A stretch of 64,000 nucleotides of DNA from Octopus sinensis (lineage: Eukaryota), in NCBI RefSeq assembly GCF_006345805.1, contig NC_043003.1:98332001-98396000 (forward strand), read 5' to 3'. Every line of letters begins with the position of its first letter. Position 1 is the first letter of the stretch. Under the pieces are notes generated by a model, which made no database searches, was not told the DNA's origin, and saw only the letters and a list, made by a program, of their open reading frames with translations. Positions 26,230 to 38,449 of this stretch are shown here, piece after piece. The position numbers and the translations under genes were made by a program.

Positions 26230-26870
26230 TACTAATAATAATAATAATAAAAACAAATGACAAACAGTGGAAACACTATTAAAGACAGTCATGGATTCAC
26301 CAAAGAAATATATATGAAATTTGGATAGAAAAATGCGCCAAAGTAACCATGAAAACAGGAAAACTAGTTAAGAGTAGCAACATCACACTAGATAAAGCAA
26401 TGAAATAAGAGAATTAGACCAAAGCCAAACATACAAATATTTAGGAATCCATGAACTAGATAAGACACAACACACACAAATCAAAAAAAATAAAGAAAGA
26501 ATACTATAGACGAGTTAGATCAATACTAAAATCAGAGCTCAATGCTAAAAACAAGATGATAGGTATTAACACTTTAGCCGTCCCAGTTATAAGTTACAGC
26601 TACAATATCCTTAACTGGACGCTAAATGAACTAGCCAAAATAGATAGGAAACAAGAAAAAAATGACAGGATCTAGGATGCATCACCCAAAATCTGACATA
26701 GAAAGGCTATAATACAACGTATAGAAGGTGGTAGAGGCCTTATAAAGCTGGAAAACTACTATAAAAACCACCATAGGACTGCAAAAATACCTACTTCAGA
26801 GGCAACGAAAACACGAGCAAAACAAAAAAATTTTCTCAGTATTTGAGGAAGCTGACAAATACAAACAGCA
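26230..26870 (+). mobile_element. R4/Dong-clade LINE reverse transcriptase C-terminal fragment
   Basis: Frameshifted: KCAKVTMKTGK...YKYLGIHE...KEYYRRVRSILKSELNAKNKMIGINTLAVPVISYSYNILNWT...MHHPKSDIERL...EGGRGL, typical of the R4/Dong RT-thumb region. Confidence 0.85.
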
Positions 26871-26874
26871 AATC

Positions 26875-27706
26875 ATATTTGGTCGAAACTTCCCGGAAAG
26901 TTCCGAGGATTTCCTAACATCCGGGAAATTTGGTCTAAAATCGCCTGGAAAATTTCGGGGATTTCCCACTTCCGAGAAATTTGGTCGAAAACTTCCTGGA
27001 AAGTTCCGAGGATTTTCTAACTTCCGGGAAATTCGGTTAAAAACTTCCCGGAAAATTACGGGGATTTTCTAACTTCCGGGAAAATTGGTCGAAAATTTCC
27101 GGAAAGTTCCGAGGTTTCCTACCTCCCGGGATATGTGGTCGAAAACTTCCTAGAAAGTTCCGAGGATTTCCTAGCTTCCAGAAAACTTAGTCAAAAAATT
27201 CCTGGGAAGTTCCGGGACTTTCTAACTTCCGGGAAATTCGGTCGAAAACTTCCTGGAAAGTTAAGGGGGATTTCCTAACTTCGGTAAAATTTCGTCGAAA
27301 ACTTCCTGGAAAGTTCCTATGATTTCCTACCTTCCGGGATATTTGGTCGAAAACTTCCTGGAAAGTTCCAGATTTCCTACCTTCTGGGAAATTTGGTTGA
27401 AAACTTCCTAGAAAGTTCCGGGGATTTCCTACCTTCTGGGAAATTTGGTTAAAAACTTCCTCGAAAGTTCCGGGGATTTCCTACCTTCTGGGAACTTTGG
27501 TCGAAACTTCCTGGAAAGTTCCGATGATTTCCTACTTTCCGGGAAATTTGGTCGAAAACTTCCTGGAAAGTTCTGAGTATTTTCTAACTTCCGGGAACTT
27601 TGGTCGAAAAGTTCCTGGGAAGTTACGAGGATTTTCTAACTTCCTGGAAATTTGGTCGAATAGTTCCTGGAAAGTTCCGAGTATTTTCTAACTTCCGGGA
27701 AATTTC
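26875..27706. repeat. Minisatellite, ~52-bp unit x ~16
   Basis: Consensus aatttggtcgaaaacttcctggaaagttccgaggatttcctaacttccggga; no unique spacers. Confidence 0.95.
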
Positions 27707-28225
27707 AGTGTTGAAATATGCAGATGATATCAAGCTGTACCTTGAAATAAAAAGAACAGATCCCATCCTGCAATCAGATCTGGATAGAATGCAGCAGTGG
27801 ACCTCTGACTGGCAACTCAGGCTATCTATAGACAAGTGTGTCACCATGCATTTTGGGAGGAAACATCCAGCTTTTACATACTCCCTCAGCAACACCAATC
27901 TCAAGAAATATTCTGGTGGACATGTTCTGGGTATTATTGTAAACAACAATCTGCATTGGACAAACCACATATCTAAGATTGTCAATAAGGCTGAGGTGGT
28001 ACTAGCATCACTCAGTAAGACCTTTGTAGTCACTCTCAGTTATCTATTTAAAATTGTATACAACAATGTCCACACTTGGAATTTGCACCACCAGTCTGGA
28101 ACCCCTCTCTTGCTCAGCATATAAATCTCCTGGAAAACTGTTCAGAAATGTGCAACAAAGCGAATATCCACCGTCAGACATCTACCATACTCTGAAAGTC
28201 TTGCATTCCTGGGCATGGATACCTT
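27707..28225 (+). mobile_element. CR1-group LINE RT C-terminal fragment
   Basis: VLKYADDIKLYLEI...LQSDLDRMQQWTSDWQLRLSIDKCVTMHFG...LGIIVNNNLHWTNHI: YADD motif and CR1-type LQxDLxxLxxW pattern. Confidence 0.9.
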
Positions 28226-28348
28226 CCTACCTCTCTCACACACACTCTCTGTCTGTCGGTCTGTCTCTCTGTCTGTCTCTCTCTCTATCTATCTATCTAC
28301 CTACCTACTTACCTAACTAACTACCTGACTACCTGTCTGTCTGTCTGC

Positions 28349-28466
<118 letters not shown>

Positions 28467-28922
28467 TTATCCATCTGTCTGTTTATCTGATGTTCTGTCT
28501 GTCTATCTGAGTGTGTTGTGTGTGTGTGTGTTGTGTGTGTGTTGTGCTGTGTGTGTGTGTGTGTGTGTGCTGTTGTGTGTGCGTGCGTGCGTGTGTATGT
28601 ATGTATGTGTGTGTGTGTGTGTGTGTGATCTAATCGCCGTTAGAAGCAACAATCCAGCTAAACTAACGACCAGCAAGTTTTGATTGTGTCATTTAAGTTC
28701 AGTATATTAATCGAGAGCACACCTCCTTCAGTAGCCACACAATGCAAATAACCACTGCCACACCGACAGCAATTACCAACAAGATAGATTACAAAAAGTA
28801 TATGATGTGATGCCACACACCCGGTGACACCTCTGTTCACTCATTAAGGCTAGTACACAGCTTGTCACTCTCAGTCTCTTGCACAGTCTCTTGCAGTGCT
28901 ACGCATGCATGCATTTTATTTA

Positions 28923-29325
28923 CGACTAGCAGTATCGCCCGGCGTTGCTCGGGTTTGTAAGGGAAATAACTATATAAGCATTTTTAGAGAGTTATAGCCA
29001 AGAAATAGCAAACAAATGCATTAAAAATGGGAAAAAAATGATAATTTTTTTTAAATCGTTGACTCATCGTAGACATTTTTAGAGAGTTACTTCCCGTATA
29101 TAATAGCGAAAAAATGCATTAAAATGGAAACAATGATGGTAATTTTCTTTAAATCGTAGACTCATCGTAGACGCGCGCTAATACCCAGAAGGGCTCGATA
29201 TGAATCACGACTATAAGATACCCGGTTTTGGTAAACTGCACGCAAAATAGGGAGTCGTTAGGAATCTAATCGTAAAAGAGACATACACACACCTTACTTT
29301 TATATATAAAGATTTATATATATCG
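28923..29325 (+). mobile_element. Helentron-associated interspersed element (HINE/DINE-1-like)
   Basis: 5' actagcagtatcgcccggcgttgctcggg (subterminal hairpin), internal ~100-bp tandem duplication, 3' ttttatatataaagat. Confidence 0.65.
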
Positions 29326-29439
29326 ACAATAGCAAGTGGAATATACAGTTCGAATTCATCTGCTTTACAAATGTATGCCAATGCAAACAACAGCAACAAG
29401 AACAAGAACAACAACAACAACAATGTCCTGATGCAGTAC

Positions 29440-29670
29440 CTATTTCTTTATTACCCACAAGGGGCTACACACAGAGGGGACAAACAAGGACAGACATAGG
29501 TATTAAGTCGATTACATCGACCCCAGTGCTTAACTGGTACTTAATTTATCGACCCCGAAAGGATGAAAGGCAAAGTTAGCCTCGGCGGAATTTGAACTCA
29601 CAACGTAACGACAGACGAAATACCGCTAAGCATTTCGCCCGGCGTGCTACCGTTTCTGCCAGCTCGCCGT
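29440..29670 (-). mobile_element. SINE family B with the alternative long tail (184-bp module type)
   Basis: cctatttctttattacccacaaggggct...gaatttgaactcac...ctgccagctcgcc; inserted into a family C copy. Confidence 0.8.
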
Positions 29671-29674
29671 CCTG

Positions 29675-30220
29675 ATACTGTACCAGGTATTGACTCTCAT
29701 GACTTCTGATCTTAACTGATTGGAGGTGTCATCATGTGCATGTTTGTCTTGATGTGAAAGGTGGGCTGCAACAAATATATTACTCAATACCAGAAAATTG
29801 TCAATTGCTTAATCTTAACCAGTTGAACCTTTAGTGACGGATTATATGTGCATTTCTGATCACGTGCACAATAGTGGGGGGGGGGGGGCGCATCATAACC
29901 ATGTGTTGAGAGGGATTCGTTGGGGCATCGAATAATTCACCTCTGAAAACATGTGTATTTCGTACGTCATCCTTAAGCACCACTTTTTCAGGGACCTTTT
30001 GATTGGGAAGGGCTATTCGATCCGAAGAAAATTCTAAGTGAGCCCCCACCTGCAAGGTCATGCGATGTTTATCTTGATATGAGATCACATGTCACGCATG
30101 TAGTTGTGATGCATGTACTTGGTGTTCGCTTTTCAGACGGGTAGTTATGATGGGTATATTGGGTTTCGTATATTTTTAACCTAATATCACTTTGATGGAG
30201 TGTGCTACTCTCTCACTCGA
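29675..30220. mobile_element. Family C full-length copy
   Basis: Aligns with 5460-5935 and ends in (AAT)n. Confidence 0.7.
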
Positions 30221-30237
30221 TAATAATAATAATAATA

Positions 30238-30299
<62 letters not shown>

Positions 30300-30324
30300 G
30301 TAGTAATAATAATAAAAAAAATAT

Positions 30325-30794
30325 AAAAGATCAGACAAAAAGGATATGTTTATTAATTGACATGAGTATTCCATGTGATCACAATATAGCGGCGAAAGAA
30401 TTTGACAAGATTAGTAAATATAAAGACTTGCTAATAGAAATTGAAAAAATGTGGCATCTCAAAGCGACTACAGTACCAGTGATTGTAGGATCTCTAGGAA
30501 TGATAAAAAAAGGTACTGAAACCTATTTGAAAATGATTCCAGGCTTACCATCCCTACAGGAAGTGCAAAAATCGTATTAACTGGAACGGCTCTTGTACTG
30601 AGAAGAGCACTATCGCGTGAAATAACATCCATCCATGAATTTATTTATTTATTAATTTTTAAATACATATTTTATCTGTGAATTTGCGTGTGTAATCTGG
30701 GAATACATACAATGAGTTCTCTGCCCTAGGTGTCTGAAAACACTCGGCGAGAAACGGAAGAAAAATTTGAAGAAAGAAAGAAAAAACAAAAAAA

Positions 30795-30795
<1 letters not shown>
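30325..30795 (+). mobile_element. R4/Dong LINE 3' end: restriction-like endonuclease domain plus 3' UTR
   Basis: IDMSIPCDHNIAAKEFDKISKYKDLLIEIEKMW..VPVIVGSLG...QKIVLTGTALVLRRAL; (AAT)n on both sides. Confidence 0.9.
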
Positions 30796-30861
<66 letters not shown>

Positions 30862-30884
30862 TAATGATGATGATAATGATAATT

Positions 30885-31185
30885 CCTGACACCATATTAG
30901 GCAGTGGCTCTTACGGCTTCTTATCTTAAGTGACTGGAAGTGATAACATATACATACTTCGTGTTGATGGGTTACAGCAAATATTTTGCTCAGTACCACA
31001 GATTTACTTGTCAGTTGCATGGTCTTAACCAGTTGAACATGTCTCTTAGTGGCTGAAGATATGTGCACCTCTGATTAGGAGCAGAAATAGTGGGGGAACA
31101 TCATAACCATGTGCTGAAAGGGATTCTTTGGGGTTTGAATAATTCACTGTTGAAAACATGGGAGTTTCGTTCATCCTCCTCAAAC
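30885..31185. mobile_element. Family C truncated copy
   Basis: Aligns with the 5' part of 5460-5935. Confidence 0.65.
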
Positions 31186-31299
31186 AGCCCCATATATATA
31201 TATATATATATATATGAGTTGAATAAAGTTAAAACATGGTCTGGTTTTTCATGTATTCTATTATGGTATTTCAATATTAAAAAAATATTTTGTAATGTT

Positions 31300-32050
31300 T
31301 ATAAACTTCAATTAGCACTTTCATAAGTTCGTAGTAACCATCAGATTTCAAGAATGTGTTTAACTGACAGTTGAGTTCTTGACAATTGTCGTACTCCTTA
31401 GAACGCTCTAACTATCTGAGATTTTGGGAATGCAGTTTTGACCAATCCGCATGCATCTTAAACGTCACGGTTTGCCGGGCGTACCGATATTCTGTAATTT
31501 GTTTATATTCATATTCTAAAGATATTTTTCAATCCATATCATTAACTGATTGTTATATTATTGCTGTTATTTCCGTTGAGAACAGGTTTGAATATTTTAA
31601 TAAACCGTTTTCCTTTTATCATTCTTCCAGCCTCAGTTGTGTCAAGCAGTTTGACCACATGTTTCAATATGTTGGCTCAATGGAATTTAGCGAACATTAG
31701 TGTTCTGGATTTGTTTTCTGTGGACTCATGAGCATTCCGATAATGAGTTCCCTATCTCGCCTATATATAATTCCTTGCAATTCGGGCATTTAATGCAGTA
31801 GATCAAATATCTGCTTTTGCCGTTCGTATCTGCATTTCCAAAAATCGCTACTTTGTTCTAATGGGTCTAGCAGTATACCTGTATTGACACCTTCCACATC
31901 TGTTATCATTACACTTGGATACTGTGGATGTTTTATCCTGTTTGTTCATGTTGAATTTTGTCTGTTAAATACATTTAGAAATCTGATGATTACTACAAAA
32001 ACGCTGATTGAACTTTATGAACATTATAAAAAATGTTTTTAATGTTAAAA
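31300..32050 (-). mobile_element. Decayed PLE (Neptune-like): Cys-rich linker plus GIY-YIG
   Basis: Minus strand KCNDNRCGRC...SRYLIYCIKCPNCKELYIGEIGNSLSE..VHRKQI...IPLSQHIETC, with in-frame stops. Confidence 0.8.
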
Positions 32051-32246
32051 TACCTTAATAAAAAACTTGTAGACCAGGCCATGTTTTTACTTTATCCAGC
32101 TGATATATTATTCTATACACATTCACACAAATTCGGAATATATATATTCCGCAGGTCAACTTCCATACAATTACAGCCATTTCATAATCTCATTCATGTG
32201 ATATTTATTAATACCAATATGCAAAATTATAAGTACATATTTGCAT

Positions 32247-32283
<37 letters not shown>

Positions 32284-33051
32284 TCAGCATTATACAATAG
32301 AATCGTATATTCACAAATGGTGAGCATAGATATTGATGCAAGCATGTACGTATAATTTTCCATATTGAATTTAATAATGCGACATGAAGACGATTACGAA
32401 ACGGCTGTAACCATACAGAAATCAGAGGGAAAATATATCTATCATCACTTCTCACACCTCCCTGACACTATACATTATTTACTTTGCGTGAAAGTAAACT
32501 GAAATTTCCTTGATTATCAGTTGCTATATATATTACATTACATGATAATTGAGTACTACGTATACTGATAGTGATCCGAATGGGAAACTTACTGTAATCA
32601 CTCCATGATTCCCTGAATCTTTATTTTACGCTACTCTTTATATATCTATACCTAGATGTATGCAGATATATTTGAGCATCAAGAACGTTATTCATGCTAA
32701 GAGCTTAAGTGAGGGAAAAACCTGTTGTATATACATCAAGTTTAACTCAATCAGTGACGTGATATGATTCCGCAATCATATAAATAATGATGTTTTACTT
32801 TATCGAAACAGCTGTTAAGGTAAAGAAGTTATGTGCTATTCGTGAACATCATGATTTTCTACTTTTTATTCTCTCTATGTATGTATGTATGTATGTATGT
32901 ATGTATGTATGTATGTATGTATGTATGAAGGTACGTATGTATGCACGCACATATACATACTGTATATATATATAATACATATATGTGTGTATTTATATGT
33001 ATATATAAATATATATATATGTATATATATAATATATTATATATATATATA

Positions 33052-34290
33052 TATAAGAAAATAGTAAAGTGTGAAAAAACGACAGAAGGCTTAATGTTAA
33101 AAAATATATATATTGTGTCAAAATGTCTGGAGAATATTGGAAAATTTTTTTCCTTTCCTTAAAATGACATAATTTAAAATTTTTAAAGAAATTACCGGTT
33201 TCGCGTGTAGCTTTTCAAATTTGTGACGTTATGTTTATATTGCATGGAATTATCGTTGTTTTTATTTCCAGGAGATTTCTAAATAAGGGGAGGTAGTGAG
33301 TGATTTTTTCCGGTGTAGGGAGATAATCGCTTAAAAATTTTTTTTTCCCATTTCCTTGTTAATTTCTCTGTGTCAGTATGTTCGGATGGTTGAGTCTGGG
33401 TTTGTACTTTTCAATGAAGAATGTTTCCTTGTTCAGTCTCATTTGTGTGATGATCCGAAAGCACATTGGTAAAATGGGAAGAGTAAAAATTGTGGCAGTA
33501 GTTGCTTTGCGCATTCTCAATGTGCTCACTAAAAGGTATCATTCTATATTCTGGGAATGCAATCTGTTGTCGATGCAGTGTGCATCTGCGCCTGAGTGAT
33601 AGTCCCGTGGAACCCACGTAGTCTTGGTGGCAGCCCGAGCATTTAATAAATAAATTATGTTTTCAGAGGCACAATAATTTATGTTATTAAATGCTCGGGC
33701 TGCCACCAAGACTACGTGGGTTCCACGGGACTATCACTCAGGCGCAGATGCACACTGCATCGACAACAGATTGCATTCCCAGAATATAGAATGATACCTT
33801 TAGTGAGCACATTGAGAAATGCGCAAAGCAGCAACTACTGCCACAATTTTTAATCTTCCCATTTTACCAATGTGCTTTCGGATCATCAACACAAATGAGA
33901 CTGAACAAGGAAACATTCTTCATTGAAAAGTACAAACCAGACTCAACCATCCGAACATACTGACACAGAGAAATTAACAAGGAAATGGGAAAAAAAATTT
34001 TTTAAGCGATTATCTCCCCTACACCGGGAAAAAATCACTCACTACCTCCCCTTATTTAGAAATCTCCTGGAAATAAAAACAACGATATCCATGCAATATA
34101 AACATAACGTCACAAGAAATTTGAAAAGCTACACGCGAAACCGGGTTAATTTCTTTAAAAATTTTAAAATTATGTCATTTTAAGGAGAAAGAAAAAAATT
34201 TTTCCAATATTCTCCAGACATTTGACACAATATATATATTTTTTAACATTTAAGCCTTCTGTCGTTTTTCACACTTACTATTTTCTTATA
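33052..34290. mobile_element. 1.24-kb fold-back of a PLE 3' end (GIY-YIG plus 3' UTR hammerhead in both arms)
   Basis: ~605-bp arms around a ~15-bp spacer at 33659-33673. Right arm reads IIYVIKCSGCHQDYVGSTGLSLRRRCTLHRQQI...EHI...FFIEKYKP. Arms differ mostly by 1-nt indels. Confidence 0.9.
34114..34155 (+). ncRNA. Hammerhead motif with compensated U3-A8 core
   Basis: Composite of both arms: AAGAAAT TTGAAAA GC TACAC GC GAAAC CG GTA ATTTCTT (7-bp stem I, stem III ACCGGT). Mirror copy at 33187-33222. Confidence 0.55.
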
Positions 34291-34326
34291 TATTCACCCA
34301 CGTGCTTTACCAAACAAACTTTCTTA

Positions 34327-34366
<40 letters not shown>

Positions 34367-34379
34367 TATATAATATATA

Positions 34380-34770
34380 TTTACTCTTTTACTTGTTTCA
34401 GCCCTTTGACTGCAGCCATGCTGGAGCACCACTTTAAGGGTTTTTAGTTGAGCAAATCGCCCCAGTACTTATTCCTTGTAAGCCAAGTACTTATTCTATC
34501 GATCTCTGTGCCGAACCGCTAAGTTACAGGGAAGTAAACACACCAACATAGGTTTTCAAGCGATAGTGTGTGTATATGTGTGGGGGCAAACGTAGATACA
34601 AACATGCAAATATATACATATATAATATACGACAGGATTCTTTCAGTTTCCGCCTACCAAATCCACTCACAAGGATTTGGTCAGCCCGAGGTTATAGGAG
34701 AAGCCACTTGCCCAAGATGCCACGCTGTGGAACTGAATCCGGAACCATGTGGTTGAGAAGCAAGCTTCTT
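34380..34770 (-). mobile_element. SINE family A copy
   Basis: Tail gccatgctggagcacc and head ggaaccatgtggttgagaagcaagcttcttacca. Confidence 0.8.
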
Positions 34771-34983
34771 ACCAGTGACCAATGCCACATGTTTAATATG
34801 TGTTGTTTATACGCTTATTAGTTGTGTGATTCGTCCTGGAAATATCTTTTTAAGACTTTGGGTGTTAAAAAAAACTCTGAATACCGTGAAACAGCGGGAA
34901 AAAATCGCCCCGTCGGTGAAGGAGAACGGTTGATACCGATATTTCGTTGTTATTTCAGCTCATTAACAGTATGTCCGACTTAC

Positions 34984-35200
34984 CTCGAAACGAACTGTAA
35001 ACGCTACAGGACGACTTAAAACTGAATCCCGCAGATAGTAAGCGTGTAAACAAGACACATGTACAAGACATCGATAACGTTGTAATGGTTACATCATGAT
35101 AGCCGCTTCTGGGTATACACCTTGTAGTATGCCGTTTAAAGTACGTTAACAGTATCCATCGGCTATCTGATATTATCAGCTGTATGTAGGTATATGCCAC
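34984..35200 (-). promoter_or_regulatory. Candidate first (5' UTR) exon and CpG-rich promoter-like region
   Basis: Consensus donor GAG|gtaagt on the minus strand (34978-34984) inside non-repetitive, CpG-rich sequence spanning ~34840-35810. The 5' boundary is a guess. Confidence 0.35.
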
Positions 35201-35484
35201 TGGATTTAATACTCACACATACACACACAAACATATACGTTTATGAATTTGTGTTGCAAGATTCCTGATGTGAAGCCGTGTGTTGAAACAGATATTGTTA
35301 TACTTCGGTATGGTCATTTTTCATTTGCCAAATAAACACGCACTGTATATTCGTTCTGCACTCGTTTATTACTGTTCTTATGTCCATCATGCGGAAGCCT
35401 TTCGCCACATATCTGTGATCCCTTCAGCATCCCTTTATATACCCACGTGTCCTCCTGCTCCGTTTACCCCATCTCTCTCTCTCT

Positions 35485-35542
<58 letters not shown>

Positions 35543-37117
35543 TAATCAAAATAAAACATGATGCCAAGGATTCAGCGGTACATATGTTTCGGGCCTTATT
35601 AGACGGATTTATAACAATGCATAATGTGTGTCTATGGCCTTCTCAGCCGCGCACATTACTACTTCAAGGACATGTATTACATCAATATTCTACGTTGGGG
35701 ATGCAAATCCGCACAGTCGCGTACGACAGAGTGGGGCACCAGCACAAAAACGAAGCGTCCTCCCGTCTTTCCCCCTTTCACTCAATGTAGAATGAGGAAG
35801 TTTGGATGTTGAGTAATATAAATAAGTAAATAAATATATAAGTATATAAATACACAGACGTGAAAAAGATAAAGAAGCGAGAATTAAGGATGAAAGATTA
35901 AAAAAAAAATATAAATATAGAAATATTAAAAAATCTAAAAAAATATTTTAAAAATATAAAAAAATATAAAAAGATATAAAAAATATAAAAATATATAAAA
36001 AAATATAGGGATAAGGGATGCAAAGTGGTTAAGAACTAACAAGGTGGTCAGAGAGATGACATATTCTGGTTGTAGAAGCGGCGGGTGTCATAAATCAACT
36101 AGAAGGTCTGGAGACCCAGTATATGGTTAATTATGGTTGTCTGGTTAAACTGTTTATCTATTTCCTCGTAAATTGTCTAGTGGTCAACATGTACATACGT
36201 ACCCGCATGGATACATAAACACATATACACGCATACATATACACACGCATACACATCTACACGCATACATACGTATTCTCGTGTAAAAATATATCGAGAG
36301 GGGTGTGCATATACATCCGTCCCGCCACGTACGTATATCTGAGTCGCCTCTGCACACGCACTCGTATACACACAAATACATGCTCATGCGTACATAAGTA
36401 GAGCCCGCCCGTCTACCCACCCACATACGTATATGCTCACATACATAATATCTCAATATACACATACATATGGAAAAAGGCGCATGTAGTTGGGTACAAG
36501 AACTGACGCACATACGTACGTATACACATACACGTACATGCGCACATACAGACACACTCACACACCCACTCATACACATGAGGAAGTAAAACTCTATGCT
36601 AATGGACAAAGATATGCATACACCCACATCCACACACATGGGGGAGTAAATCCCCATGCATATACACAAAAATATGCATATGTGCATATGCACAGACACA
36701 GGTATAACAAGCAGATCCCTTCCCGCACGCAGGCAGGATGGACCTATATGCTCTAAATGTCTGTCTTAGAGAGGCGTGACGGATGCAAACCATTGTAATA
36801 ACATAAGTGGGTAGGGTAATTAGCAGGTTACAGGGGTGTACGGGTAAATCAGAAAATTACAGGGGTGTACGGGTAAATCAGAAAAGAAAGAGACAAAGAA
36901 GAAAATAAGAGGCAAAGAGAAAAATTGAGAAGGGATAAGAATAAAAATAGGTAAAAAATATATATATTGTTGTATTTCGGGACGGTAATTTTTTTTTGCC
37001 AAAAAAACACACGCACTATATATTTGTTCTTAATTCGTTGAATCTAGTTAGTTTGGCTGCCACCATTTCAAAAATTAAAGTTTATCGAAAATTTTAAAAT
37101 TTGGCACATCAATATAC

Positions 37118-37203
37118 TTTTCCAAGCTGAATTGCTGGAGTTATTTCCCTTTTTCCAGAAAATGTTTTTAAAATGTTATAAGTGTGATCATTTTCACCCA
37201 GTC
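37118..37203 (-). CDS. Candidate coding exon (86 nt) of an unidentified gene
   Basis: Strong acceptor ctttccctctgtttcag, open frame (G)LGENDHTYNILKTFSGKREITPAIQLGK, weaker donor AAA|gtatat. Confidence 0.35.
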
Positions 37204-37674
37204 CTGAAACAGAGGGAAAGCTGATGAGAATGAAGGGAAGGCTACGAAATGTGAGAGAGGGGGAGCGAGAAAAGATATATATATATATATATATACGACG
37301 GGCTTCTTTCAGTTTCCGTCTACCAAATCCACTAGCAAACTTGGGTCGGCCCGAGGCTACTGTAGAAGGCACTTGCCCAAGGTGCCACGCAGTGGGACTG
37401 AACCCAGAGCCATGTGGTTGGGAAGCAAGCTTCTTACCATACAGCCACTCCTGGCTTCTTTCAATTACCGGAACAAATCCACTCACAAAACTTTGACCGA
37501 CTCGGTGCTATAGTAGAAAGTACTTACCCCAGTGCTGCACAGTAGGACTGAACCGAAGGTCACATTATTTCGATGTAAGCTTCTTAACTATACAGCCACT
37601 CCTGTGCCTGCGCACACACGTGCACATTCATAGACACAAATACGCGCACGTACGCACGCACATATACATACATA

Positions 37675-37905
37675 ACGGGAAAGTTTACGAAAATAAACAA
37701 AAGACGAAGGCAGGTGGTGTACAAACAAACAAATGTATTAGTATAGCGCTCAGGAATAGAAATAGAAAAAGTCTTTTACGTTTCGAGCCTACGCTCTTCG
37801 ACAAAAAGATACACAGAAAAAAACAAGGAGAGAAACAAGGAGAGAAAAAAATGCGTGTAGGAGCTAACGATCTATCATGGCGTCCTGACTTCGGCATATA
37901 TACAT
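37675..37905 (-). mobile_element. PLE terminal-repeat-like element with A6U hammerhead-like motif (37772-37810)
   Basis: Minus strand TCTTT TTGTCGA A GAGC GTAG GCTC GAAAC GTA AAAGA. Confidence 0.65.
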
Positions 37906-37910
37906 ACACA

Positions 37911-37961
<51 letters not shown>

Positions 37962-38320
37962 GCATTTGTGATCATACATATATTTGTATGCATGACTTTG
38001 TAGGTATAAATGTATGTGTATTTGATATATATGTTTGTATGTATGCGTACACGCTTAAAGCTGTCTTTAACCTTAAACAAACCAGTTCTGTAGTAATTGG
38101 ATATTGGTCTCCGATTCCCCTACAATATTAAACGTTGTGTCTTTAAAACCGATCTTAGCTATTAAGGTGGGGGGGATTGATGAATTTTGCCAGTCTGATT
38201 TACTTTCAACATGAAACAAAGAAAAATTGTTTAGTAGTGCTCTACGGAGCTTTACAAGGGCATGAAAATATTTCCATTCTTAGTAATCACTTGTCACATT
38301 CCATTGGTTATTCATTTTGT

Positions 38321-38387
<67 letters not shown>

Positions 38388-38416
38388 TTCTTCTTCTTCT
38401 TCTTCTTCTTCTTCTT

Positions 38417-38447
<31 letters not shown>

Positions 38448-38449
38448 AA

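Noticed and set aside
26875-27706. CRISPR-like appearance of a regularly spaced, partly palindromic repeat
   Set aside because: Units are contiguous with no unique spacers, there are no cas genes, and the context is eukaryotic.
31310-31360. Hammerhead in the 3' region of the minus-strand PLE (CTGATGG...GAAAGTGCTA)
   Set aside because: A9 is lost, stem II is ambiguous and stem I is only 3 bp; a plausible relic but not supportable.
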